A stretch of DNA of 58,238 nucleotides. Source: an uncultured Verrucomicrobiales bacterium (GTDB lineage: Bacteria > Verrucomicrobiota > Verrucomicrobiia > Verrucomicrobiales > DEV007). The notes under the pieces are model-generated. The model did not search any database, was not told where the DNA came from, and worked only from the letters and a program-made list of their open reading frames with translations. Position numbers and translations under genes: made by a program. Positions 38,292 through 47,489 of this stretch are shown here, piece by piece. Numbering within the stretch: the first letter of the stretch is position 1; each line of letters starts with the position of its first letter. The stretch covers positions 1-58,238 of the forward strand of contig CALKOM010000128.1 in the NCBI GenBank assembly GCA_938091905.1, given 5' to 3'.

Positions 38292-39230
38292 TTAACTGTG
38301 CTGGTTCATGGTGAGATCGGCAAAGACATCCTCAAGAGAAACGCCTTTCCGACTGAGCTCTCTCATCGCCCACTGCTCTTTCCGAGCCAGTCGATCGATC
38401 ATCTCGCGCACGTCCTTGTTTGCTTCGACCTTCAATACGAATAGATGCCAGTCCGCGTCACTTCGCTCCAGAGTCACCCGTCTCACACCCCCGATCTTTC
38501 CAAGATTCGCCTCAATCACTTTCGAGTCACCCTTCAAGTCCACCCGCGCGGTTCCTGCGCTCCGCATCTGGCCCGCGAGATTGCGTGGTTCACCAATAGC
38601 TTGAATCTTTCCTTGGTTGATAATGATGACACGTCCACAGGTCACCTCCACCTCGGGCAAAATGTGCGTGGAAATCAGAATGGTGTGATCCTCCCCCAAC
38701 TCTTTGATCAGTCCGCGCACTTCACGGATTTGGTTAGGATCGAGACCGTTCGTCGGTTCATCCAAAATCAACAAAGGTGGCTTATTCACAAGCGCGTCTG
38801 CCAAACCCACTCGTTGGCGAAAGCCTTTCGAAAGTGTACTGATCATCTTGCGGCGCACCTCATGGAGAGAGGTTCGGTCCATGGCTTCCCCCACGCCAAT
38901 GCGAAGTGCTTTGCCTTTCAGGCCTTTCAAAGCTCCTCGAAATCGCAAGTACTCCTTCACCCGCATGTCATTGTAGAGCGGCACATTCTCCGGCATGTAG
39001 CCGATGCGCTTACGCACTTCCAACGAGTCTTTAAAAACATCCATGCCATCGATCTCAGCACGCCCTGAAGACGGCGGAAGAAAGTTGGTCAGAATACGCA
39101 GCGTCGTGGTCTTGCCAGCGCCATTGGGCCCTAGAAAGCCGACGATTTCGCCACGCCCGACCTGAAAGGACACTGAATCAATTGCGGTGTGTCCAGAGTA
39201 GCGTTTGGAGAGTTGGTCGACCTGAATCAT
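38292..39230 (-). CDS. ABC transporter ATP-binding protein, GldA-like
   Basis: GPNGAGKTT, LSKGFRQRVGLA, LILDEPTNGLDP and STHIL. Confidence 0.95.
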   Translation of the reverse strand: MIQVDQLSKRYSGHTAIDSVSFQVGRGEIVGFLGPNGAGKTTTLRILTNFLPPSSGRAEIDGMDVFKDSLEVRKRIGYMPENVPLYNDMRVKEYLRFRGALKGLKGKALRIGVGEAMDRTSLHEVRRKMISTLSKGFRQRVGLADALVNKPPLLILDEPTNGLDPNQIREVRGLIKELGEDHTILISTHILPEVEVTCGRVIIINQGKIQAIGEPRNLAGQMRSAGTARVDLKGDSKVIEANLGKIGGVRRVTLERSDADWHLFVLKVEANKDVREMIDRLARKEQWAMRELSRKGVSLEDVFADLTMNQHS

Positions 39231-39497
39231 GGCTCAAAGCGTAGCGCTTGCGCCATGCTTCGCAGAATCTTCCCAGGGATGCTAGTAAAACGCGCTGGGA
39301 ATTGTCACTTTTGAGGCAGGGTCTTAAAATTTAGACAGCATCTCCGTTGCCGATTCGAAAGAATCAACAGACGCGGGAGGAATCGGTGACACTAGTTACC
39401 TGGTTCAGCGGCGGTTCGTAAGGACGACGAACTGAGCAGGAGCCTTGAGAGTCTGACTGGAGGAACTCAACTGAGCCCCGGTGGTTGGTCACGTACC

Positions 39498-39581
39498 TCA
39501 GCTTGGGGCACCATTGGGGGTCGAACAGCTAGCCATCGCGGCTATTGCAGCGATCAGAAGAACAGAAGGAAGAAGCTTCAT
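39498..39581 (-). CDS. Tiny putative lipoprotein (27 aa), or 5' part of a frameshifted ~72-aa lipoprotein gene extending to 39364
   Basis: MKLLPSVLLIAAIAAMASC|STPNGAPS* has a clear lipoprotein signal peptide; it is below the ORF-track size cutoff. Confidence 0.5.
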   Translation of the reverse strand: MKLLPSVLLIAAIAAMASCSTPNGAPS

Positions 39582-39625
39582 CCCGTCCACCTTACACGTG
39601 GAGGGGTGTCCCTGCCAAGACCTTC

Positions 39626-40531
39626 TTAATTCTCAAAGCTTGCCTCGATTTCCAGGTCGAGTTCCGCGCGGCAAATCGCCGCCTGAAGCACGACTGTATT
39701 CTCTGTGGTTGCCGCGAGGGCCGTCTGCAACAGCGGCCAGAGTCGTTCGAAATCACGCTCGCGCCTCAAATAGACTTTCAATCGATAGCCTGGGAGTTGA
39801 CTCACCCGGTCCCAACTGCCGGCGCCGACTTCTACCGCCATCGATTCAAGATTCTCCAAGGTCACCTTCCACTGGCCCATGAGATCGCCAGCATGAAGCG
39901 TTTCGTGTCCACAGATGCTGGCTGTGCCAGAAATATACACTTGATTGCCAACCACGGCTGCTCTGGCAAAGCTCGGCGTCTTGGGGCCATAGTTCTCTGG
40001 ATACCGGTAGGCTGGTGTCTGTCTTGGATTCTCTATAAAACGTGGCGGCGTCTTCCCTCCAACGAAGGCAATCACGAGTTCCTGACCGGGGCTTCCAACG
40101 GCGGAAGCCGCCGGCATCAAGGACTCCGCTTGAGGGCCGAAGAACTCATCGAAAGCCCGACGGCGCCCGACGTTAAAGACTCGATAATTCTCAAGTCCAG
40201 CAGTGCTACCGTTGATGTCGGGGACAAAGTGCCACAGGCGGTGCGCATGTTTCCGCATTTCTCGAAGTAGCTCGAAGAGCTCTGTGTAAAGACGGTGACT
40301 AACCTCCTCGAGCCCCTCATCTAGAGCACAAGAAGCGATGCCAGCAAGGGCATCGCCTACTTCCTGAATCTGGTAGCTACACCGGACACGACCCCGGCCG
40401 TCGCCAGGCAGGAGAAGCTCGGACGCCTGCCCAGCTAAGAGCGGCACAGGAATCCCGATCGTTCCTGGAACATCCGTGCCACGTCCGCCATATCTCAAGG
40501 CAAGAGGGCTGGACTCGTGAACGGCGGTCAT
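39626..40531 (-). CDS. Chorismatase FkbO/Hyg5/XanB2-like protein
   Basis: RLWHFVPDIN, ENYRVFNVGR, PAASAVG, ENPRQTPAYRYP..YGPKTPSFARA, ISGTASI.GHET.H.GD and ICRAELDLEIE. Confidence 0.85.
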   Translation of the reverse strand: MTAVHESSPLALRYGGRGTDVPGTIGIPVPLLAGQASELLLPGDGRGRVRCSYQIQEVGDALAGIASCALDEGLEEVSHRLYTELFELLREMRKHAHRLWHFVPDINGSTAGLENYRVFNVGRRRAFDEFFGPQAESLMPAASAVGSPGQELVIAFVGGKTPPRFIENPRQTPAYRYPENYGPKTPSFARAAVVGNQVYISGTASICGHETLHAGDLMGQWKVTLENLESMAVEVGAGSWDRVSQLPGYRLKVYLRRERDFERLWPLLQTALAATTENTVVLQAAICRAELDLEIEASFEN

Positions 40532-40714
40532 TAAAAAGCACTAACCACGACTCGAGGGAAGCGTCAACGCTCCAGCGCCCGGCGAACAGACACAGAACCC
40601 GCTTAACTCCAGGGGTTCAGAAAATTTTGTTAGCCAGTGTATTTTTGATCCATATAAACATATTTGTGGTAATTTCCATAAATTAAATTAATATTTACCA
40701 TACATGCAATATCT

Positions 40715-42814
40715 ATGGTGTTCTTGAGCCGTCTCACTAGCCTCTTATGGATCCTCGGCTCATCTCTCGCGTCAGCCATCGACTACGGCAAATCGCTCTC
40801 TCTGGAACTCGAAGTAAAGCCTGAAATCAGCATTGCAGGTCTAACCCTTCGAGTCACGTGGCCAGGGCTCGCAGGGATGGGCGACTACAGGCTCCAAATC
40901 ATCAACGGGATGGGCGAGAGCGACTACGAGGTCGTTCCGGTGAGCGGAGCTGACATCTACACTTACCTAGATACCACAGCGATGGTTGGCGAACGCAAGG
41001 AATACAGAATCGTCAGCTATCGTGTTGCAGGTGGACAGTCCGCCTACGGTCACGCGGTCGGCGGTTATGCACTGCCACTCATCGACGATCGTGGTGGCGT
41101 AGTGCTCCTGGTCGATGCCGCACAAAGCGCCCCTCTATCAGAAGAACTTACTCGTCTTGAGTACGATCTCCGGGGAGATGGCTGGACGGTGTATCGCCAA
41201 GATGTCGCAGCGTCCGAGACGCCCCCACAACTTAAAACACGAATTGCGACGGCACACAGCAATCACCCTCACATCAACACCGTCTTTCTCTTTGGTGATC
41301 TCGCCGTGCCGTACTCAGGAAACAATGCACCGGATGGACACATTGATCACTACGGTGCGTGGCCTGCCGATGCCTATTATGGCGAACTCGACGACACCTG
41401 GACGGACACACAGATCAACAACATCCTGGCAATTCGCGAGGAGACTCACAATGTCCCAGGAGATGGGAAGCTTGATGCGAACAAGATCTACTCCGGCGTC
41501 GAGCTTGCCGTCGGGCGCGTGGACCTTGCCAATCTTCCTGCCTTTGCCCCACTCACGGAAACCGACCTGCTCCGGCGCTACCTTGACAAGAACCATGCGT
41601 TTCGACACCGCATCCAATCGGTCTCTGCAAGAGCACTTATCGACGACAACCTCTCTCACCTAATTGAAGGTGTCGCTGCAGGAGCACGCCGAAGCTTTCC
41701 AGCCATTGTAGGCCGAAGCCAGGTGAACGACCTTCCTTGGTCAACTGCACAAACGCAGGACTATCTCTTCGGATTCGGTGCAGGCAGCGGCACCTACACA
41801 TCGGCCAGCGGTATCACCACGTCGACAAGCTGCGCTCAAAACCCCACCAAAGTAAGCTTCAACTTTCTCTTTGGCAGCTACTTCGGCGACTTCGACAACG
41901 CAGACAACCTGCTGCGCTCCCACTTGGCTAACGAGACTCACGGACTCAGTGCTTGCTGGGGAGCCCGTCCCTACTGGGGCGTCTATCGCATGGCGCTTGG
42001 AGACACCCTTGGAGACATCATGCGCACCGTCTACAACGAACGTTCTAGCTCCTACTACCATGGCGGACTCATGCAGCGCGACGTTCACGCCGCTTTGCTA
42101 GGAGACCCTACGCTACGCGCCCATCCCGTAGCCCCTTCTGGTGCTGGCATCGCTTCCCCCGCATCGGACGGCACGGCCCTCCAATGGGAAGGCTCTGTAG
42201 AAACAGAACTCCTTGGCTATCATGTCTACCGCGCCGCCCCAGAGTCTCTTCAGTTCACTAGACTGACAGCATCGCCAATCGCATCGACAAGCTACACTGA
42301 CACCATCCCATTGGGGACGGATGTGATCTACATGATACGCGCCATCAAAATGCAAGACACACCCAGTGGCAGCTATACGAATGCTAGCCAAGGCATCTAC
42401 CTAGCCAGAACGGCTCAGGCGACGAGCAGTCCACTGACGACATGGCGCAACAACGCCTTTGGTGACACCATCATGGACCAGGCAAACTCAGCCAATCCGG
42501 ATAGCGATGACTCGCCCAATCTGCTTGAGTATGCTCTTGGAACCGACCCCACAAGCCATGAATCACTTCCACTGACATTATCCGTCAGCGACAGCACCCT
42601 CACCTACCCGGAGAACGTGTTGGCCACAGACGCCACCATCATTTGCGAGATGTCAGCCAATCTAGCGCAATGGATGCCAGTGGCCATTGACAGCCAGTCG
42701 TTTGAGGCCATTGCCTCCGCTGTCCCCGGCACCCAAGTCCGCCTCGTCACGCTGAATCTCAGCAACATCCCAAGCGACCGTTGCAGCTTCCGGCTCCGGG
42801 TGGTCATGCCGTAG
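40715..42814 (+). CDS. Secreted protein with C25/gingipain-like core, FN3-like domain and C-terminal tail module
   Basis: Signal peptide, LFGDLAVPYSG..APDGH..H.GAWPAD.YYG, ELAVGRVD, LLGDPTLR, GYHVYRA, NPDSDDSPNLLEYALGTDP and SANLAQW...SFRLRV. Confidence 0.65.
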   Translation: MVFLSRLTSLLWILGSSLASAIDYGKSLSLELEVKPEISIAGLTLRVTWPGLAGMGDYRLQIINGMGESDYEVVPVSGADIYTYLDTTAMVGERKEYRIVSYRVAGGQSAYGHAVGGYALPLIDDRGGVVLLVDAAQSAPLSEELTRLEYDLRGDGWTVYRQDVAASETPPQLKTRIATAHSNHPHINTVFLFGDLAVPYSGNNAPDGHIDHYGAWPADAYYGELDDTWTDTQINNILAIREETHNVPGDGKLDANKIYSGVELAVGRVDLANLPAFAPLTETDLLRRYLDKNHAFRHRIQSVSARALIDDNLSHLIEGVAAGARRSFPAIVGRSQVNDLPWSTAQTQDYLFGFGAGSGTYTSASGITTSTSCAQNPTKVSFNFLFGSYFGDFDNADNLLRSHLANETHGLSACWGARPYWGVYRMALGDTLGDIMRTVYNERSSSYYHGGLMQRDVHAALLGDPTLRAHPVAPSGAGIASPASDGTALQWEGSVETELLGYHVYRAAPESLQFTRLTASPIASTSYTDTIPLGTDVIYMIRAIKMQDTPSGSYTNASQGIYLARTAQATSSPLTTWRNNAFGDTIMDQANSANPDSDDSPNLLEYALGTDPTSHESLPLTLSVSDSTLTYPENVLATDATIICEMSANLAQWMPVAIDSQSFEAIASAVPGTQVRLVTLNLSNIPSDRCSFRLRVVMP

Positions 42815-42895
42815 ACCGCATCCGGCTCTTCCAACCATTCAATTTGCGTTCATTCGCGGTTGCGAGTCGCCTTGAATTTGCCATGTTTGGAAATT

Positions 42896-45800
42896 ATGAA
42901 ATTTCGAGCATCTTTATTAATTATCCTAATTACCCTTATTGGGTCCGTCTTCGGCCAGACCAAGCTGCTCCGGTTTCCTGATATCGCCGGTGACAACGTG
43001 GTCTTCTGCTACGGCGGCGATCTCTGGCAAGCTTCAACGGAAGGCGGCACGGCCAGTCGGCTCACAGCCCACGTCGGCCAGGAACTTTTTCCGAAATACT
43101 CTCCCGATGGCAAATGGATCGCGTTCACGGGTCAGTATGACGGCGATGAACAAGTCTATGTCATGCCCTCCACAGGTGGCATTCCCAAACAGCTCACTTA
43201 CTACCCTGCAGCCGGGCCCTTGCCTCCACGCTGGGGCTACGACCACCAAGTCTATGGCTGGAGCCCCGACGGCAAGAAAGTCCTCTTTCGCTCTTTGCGC
43301 GATGCCGATGGCGGCAAGACCCTAACAGCCCTCTACACAGTATCCGTCGAAGGCGGCTTGCCTGAAATGCTCCCCATGCCGACTTCGGGTGCCGGTGACT
43401 TTTCACCTAACGGAAAGCAGATTCTCTACTCACCACTCTTCCGTGATTTCCGGACGTGGAAACGTTATGAAGGTGGTTGGGCCCAAGACCTCTTCGTCTT
43501 CAATCTCGAAACGAACGAAGCCACGGCGATTGACAACAGCGTCAGAACAGAACGCGATCCCATGTGGATCGGTGAACACGCTTACTTCGCCTCCGATCGC
43601 GATGGGCGTCTCAATCTCTACCGATACGATCTCAACAACCAATTCCTAACTAAACTCACCGAACACACTGAGTGGGATGTGCGTTGGCCCTCCTCTGATA
43701 GCAAGTCTCGCATCATCTACGAAATCGATGGTGTCCTGCAAATTCATCACCTCGAAGACAACCGTAACACCAGCCTCAACATCACCGTACCGAACGATGG
43801 TCTCGCCATGCGACCTTCGCGCTATTCTGCTAGCAACAACATCGAAAGCTACGGACTCTCACCGAAAGGCGAACGCGCGCTCTTCGTCGCTCGTGGCGAC
43901 GTCTTCACTGCCCCCATTGAGAAAGGCGTCACACGCAATCTCACCAATTCTTCCAATGCCCACGACAAGCACGCCACCTGGTCACCCGACGGACGCAAGA
44001 TCGCCTTCGTTTCTGACCTTTCCGGCGAAGATCAACTCTACCTCATCGATCAGGACGGTCGCGGCGAACCCGAAGCCCTCACCACCACGCACAAGGCCAT
44101 GCTCTGGGCTCCAGAATGGTCGCCCGATGGCAAGCGCCTCGCCTATTCAGACAAAGACGGCAAACTCTTCGTCCTCACGGTCGAAACGAAAGCCACCATC
44201 GAGATCCTTGATGCGCCACGCGGGGGCGTCTCCGACTACACCTGGTCACCTCACAGTGGGCACCTCGCCTTTACCCTCAGTGAGACGAACAACTTCAGTA
44301 CTCTACACATTTGGAGCGTGGCCGATGGCCAAACGCGCGCCATCACCGATGGGACCTTTGATGTCGGTTCCCCAGCCTGGGATCCTGAAGGCAACTACCT
44401 CTATTATGTCTCCCAACGCGAATTTGCGCCGCTCATTTCTAACATCGAGTGGAACTACGCCGGGAACCGGAACAACCAGATCTACGCCTTCGCCCTCCGC
44501 AAGGACGTGAAGAATCCTTTCGCCCCCAAAAGCGATGAAGTGACCATCGACGAAGAGAAGGAAGAAGAAGAAAAGGAAGATAAAGACGAATCGAAGAAAG
44601 AGGACAACGAGGACGAAGACAAAGAGAAGAAGAGAGAGGTCGAAGAACCTGAATACATCAGCATCGATTTCGAAGGTCTCGCCGCACGCACGATCAAGTT
44701 CCCCATCGATGCCGATAATTTAGGCGGTCTCGGTGCCACCAAGGGCCGCCTCTACTACGCCACCTACGGCCCCGGCTACTACGGACGTGGCTCCGGCGTA
44801 AAGCCCACCTTGCACGCGTTCGAATTCAAAGAACGCAAATCCAAAGTCGCTGCTGAAGGCACTGGCAGCTACAGACTCTCGCAGAACGGCGAATTCATAC
44901 TCACGCGAGGGCCCGGCGGATTCACCCGCTACAAGGTCGGCGCCTCTGACAAGAAGACCGTTTCCACGAGCGACCTCATGGTCGACCGCGTGCCCAGTGA
45001 AGAGTGGCTCACGGTTTTCAATGAAGTGTGGCGCCGATTTCGTGACTTCTTCTATGTCGAGAACATGCATGGCTATGACTGGGAAGCCATTGGCGAGCAA
45101 TACCGCCCGCTCGTTGCTCACGTCGCCCATCGCTCCGACCTCAACTACGTCATTGGCGAGATGATCTCCGAACTCAGCGTAGGCCATGCCTACATCGCCG
45201 GGGGCGATTTCGATATCCCAGAGAGACCCAAAGTCGCCTTGCCCGGCGCACGCTTTCAGTTAGACACGGAAACGAAACGTTATCGCCTCAGCCGCATTCT
45301 CAAAGGCCACAATGAAGAGACCAAGTACCGCTCGCCGCTGACCGAAGTCGGCATCGACATCAGCGAGGGTGACTACGTCCTCGCAATCGATGGCGAACCG
45401 CTCCATGGCGACGACAACCCCTACCGCTTGCTTCAGCACAAGACCGGCGCCGTCTCACTCACCGTCAACAGCACACCCGAAGAGGAAGGTGCCCGCGACA
45501 TTACTTACAAACCGATCACCTCGGAGAGTTCGCTCCTCTACCTCAACTGGGTCCTCGGCAACATGGCCAAGGTCGATGCCATGACCGCCGGCAAAGTGGG
45601 TTACCTCCACATTCCCGACATGGGCGCACCCGGCATCTACGAGTTCATCAAATGGTTCTACCCGCAAATCCGCAAGGAAGCCATGATCGTTGATGTCCGT
45701 TCCAACGGAGGCGGTAATGTGTCCCAATGGATCATCGAACGCCTCGACACCAAGCTGTTAGGAACCCGCTTCGGCTATTCTAGCAATGATCCGCAAACTT

Positions 45801-46198
45801 ACCCCTACACGGTCTTCCATGGCAACAAGGTCTGCCTCATGAATGAAACCTCGGCCTCCGATGGCGACATCTTCCCCCACCGGTTCCGCAAATCAGACCT
45901 CGGACCACTCATCGGCAAACGCTCCTGGGGTGGCGTCGTCGGCATCTCCAGCCGCGGTCCCCTGCTAGACGGCGGCACTGTTTTCGTGCCTCTCCAAGCC
46001 ACCAACGACACCGATGGCAGCTATATCATCGAAGGCCACGGCGTCGATCCTGACATCGTCATCGACAACGATCCCCAATCCGTCATCGAAGGCAAAGATC
46101 CTCAGTTGGAACGCGGCGTCCAAGAAGTCCTCCGCATGATGGCCGAGAATCCGATGACACTTCCCGCTCGTCCTGCGGATCCCATTAAGACAGAGTAA
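42896..46198 (+). CDS. Tricorn-like protease (S41 family)
   Basis: LLRFPDI, propeller WSPDG repeats, SELSVGHAY, PDZ-like segment, VGYLHIPDM, DVRSNGGG, SASDGD, GKRSWGG and EGHGVDPD. Confidence 0.95.
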   Translation: MKFRASLLIILITLIGSVFGQTKLLRFPDIAGDNVVFCYGGDLWQASTEGGTASRLTAHVGQELFPKYSPDGKWIAFTGQYDGDEQVYVMPSTGGIPKQLTYYPAAGPLPPRWGYDHQVYGWSPDGKKVLFRSLRDADGGKTLTALYTVSVEGGLPEMLPMPTSGAGDFSPNGKQILYSPLFRDFRTWKRYEGGWAQDLFVFNLETNEATAIDNSVRTERDPMWIGEHAYFASDRDGRLNLYRYDLNNQFLTKLTEHTEWDVRWPSSDSKSRIIYEIDGVLQIHHLEDNRNTSLNITVPNDGLAMRPSRYSASNNIESYGLSPKGERALFVARGDVFTAPIEKGVTRNLTNSSNAHDKHATWSPDGRKIAFVSDLSGEDQLYLIDQDGRGEPEALTTTHKAMLWAPEWSPDGKRLAYSDKDGKLFVLTVETKATIEILDAPRGGVSDYTWSPHSGHLAFTLSETNNFSTLHIWSVADGQTRAITDGTFDVGSPAWDPEGNYLYYVSQREFAPLISNIEWNYAGNRNNQIYAFALRKDVKNPFAPKSDEVTIDEEKEEEEKEDKDESKKEDNEDEDKEKKREVEEPEYISIDFEGLAARTIKFPIDADNLGGLGATKGRLYYATYGPGYYGRGSGVKPTLHAFEFKERKSKVAAEGTGSYRLSQNGEFILTRGPGGFTRYKVGASDKKTVSTSDLMVDRVPSEEWLTVFNEVWRRFRDFFYVENMHGYDWEAIGEQYRPLVAHVAHRSDLNYVIGEMISELSVGHAYIAGGDFDIPERPKVALPGARFQLDTETKRYRLSRILKGHNEETKYRSPLTEVGIDISEGDYVLAIDGEPLHGDDNPYRLLQHKTGAVSLTVNSTPEEEGARDITYKPITSESSLLYLNWVLGNMAKVDAMTAGKVGYLHIPDMGAPGIYEFIKWFYPQIRKEAMIVDVRSNGGGNVSQWIIERLDTKLLGTRFGYSSNDPQTYPYTVFHGNKVCLMNETSASDGDIFPHRFRKSDLGPLIGKRSWGGVVGISSRGPLLDGGTVFVPLQATNDTDGSYIIEGHGVDPDIVIDNDPQSVIEGKDPQLERGVQEVLRMMAENPMTLPARPADPIKTE

Positions 46199-46305
46199 GA
46201 TATCAAAAATGAGAGTCTCAATACGGGGAAATTCGAGTCGCCCGGTAGAGTTGTTGAGTTGTTGCTTTGAAAACTCAATTTGGCGGTGTCCGTTCTGGCG
46301 TCGCC

Positions 46306-47040
46306 ATGCATCGCATTCTATTCGTCCTATCACTCGTTGTTAGTATCGCTTCTGCCCACGACGGGGAAACATCCCAGCCCTTCGAACGCCCGCACACACA
46401 CGAAGACTTGGAAGGTCATGCCCACGTCGTTTGGGACAGCAGCTATTTCTCGGAAGGTCGTGACGGCCTGGATGGTGATTCCCTATGGTCAACCAGCTTT
46501 GAATTGGCCTGGGAGCATCTGTCGGCGGGTGTTTGGTATGGTATCTCTCCAGATCAGAACTATGACGAGCTGCAGCTATCATTAGCACTATCTCAAAGTT
46601 TCGGTGACGTCGAGGTTTATCTTGGATACACGCATCTACGGTTTCCGTTTGAGGATGGACATGACAATGAAATCGGAGCAGGCCTCTCGTGGTCCGGTCT
46701 GCCTTGGGAAATCAAGCTTTCAACAGACTTCTATTACTCGGTCGATGCTGAGGGATTCTTCGGCGAATTGGCCCTTAGTCGGGAGGTTGAACTAACTGAG
46801 CAACTTTCCCTTGGTGTCGACGGGATCTTTGGCATGAATCAAGGGTATGTCTCAGATGGCCACGATGGCGCCAACCACTTCGCACTGCGGGTTGGCTTCG
46901 AATATGCCCTCACCGATTCCTGGACCCTCGCCGCCCATAGCGTTTACAGCTGGGCCCTCGATCGCAAGGACTCGGCCCCAGGCGACGACACCTTGAGGGA
47001 CTTCTTTCATGGCGGCCTCGGGCTTCAGTGGTCCTTCTGA
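46306..47040 (+). CDS. Outer-membrane beta-barrel-like protein with His-rich N-terminus
   Basis: Signal peptide (..SIASA), HDG...PHTHEDLEGHAH, SSYFSEGRD, amphipathic strands and terminal GLGLQWSF (barrel-type C-terminal Phe). Confidence 0.7.
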   Translation: MHRILFVLSLVVSIASAHDGETSQPFERPHTHEDLEGHAHVVWDSSYFSEGRDGLDGDSLWSTSFELAWEHLSAGVWYGISPDQNYDELQLSLALSQSFGDVEVYLGYTHLRFPFEDGHDNEIGAGLSWSGLPWEIKLSTDFYYSVDAEGFFGELALSREVELTEQLSLGVDGIFGMNQGYVSDGHDGANHFALRVGFEYALTDSWTLAAHSVYSWALDRKDSAPGDDTLRDFFHGGLGLQWSF

Positions 47041-47180
47041 TAGACCCGGAGTCTTAGCGACGTTCAATCACGGCCCCGGCTTTCTACGGTTGGTGATCTA
47101 GGATTGATGAGCGACGCCGATCAAGAAGACAGTGATTGCCTAAGACAGGATTGGTAAAATTGACAGAAGGCAATGAATCG

Positions 47181-47205
47181 GGCTTGGGCGATTGTCGCCC
47201 AAGCC
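47181..47205. repeat. Perfect 11-bp hairpin GGCTTGGGCGA-TTG-TCGCCCAAGCC (REP-like or terminator)
   Basis: Read directly, between convergent genes. Confidence 0.55.
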
Positions 47206-47489
47206 TCCTGGTCGAATACACGATTACCGGGCCTTACCTCGGCAGCAGGTTGCCACTCCGCTAAAGATTTAAAAATACACCTTGAGGATCGCAGGGTTTC
47301 TATAGCATTGTTTACAGAGTTCGATGAACCACCGGCACATGGCTCACAAGCCAGCTCAAGTGGCCTGAATTCGGCGCCGTGGGCTTGTTAGTAATCTAGC
47401 GCTTTTCTAAGACGATAACTCCGACTTGGTCGTGCTGATCGCCTCGTGGACCGAAGAAGGTGGGGCGGACACCGCTTGCCGAGCAGTAG

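Noticed and set aside
34062..39230. Evidence for gliding motility
   Set aside because: GldA/F/G-like ABC systems are widespread in non-gliders, and no gldK-N or spr genes are present in the window.
39330..39620. Possible large ncRNA or riboswitch (several hairpins such as GATTC-GAAA-GAATC)
   Set aside because: No match by eye to RNase P, tmRNA, SRP, cobalamin, TPP or SAM consensus; a minus-strand lipoprotein ORF explains most of the region.
43677..44510. 277-aa Ser/Thr/Pro-rich same-strand alternative-frame ORF in the tricorn gene
   Set aside because: Its composition is what C-ending codon bias of the main frame produces.
44548..44650. Purine-rich GAA/GAC low-complexity tract
   Set aside because: It encodes the acidic E/K/D linker commonly seen in bacterial tricorn proteases, not an independent repeat element.
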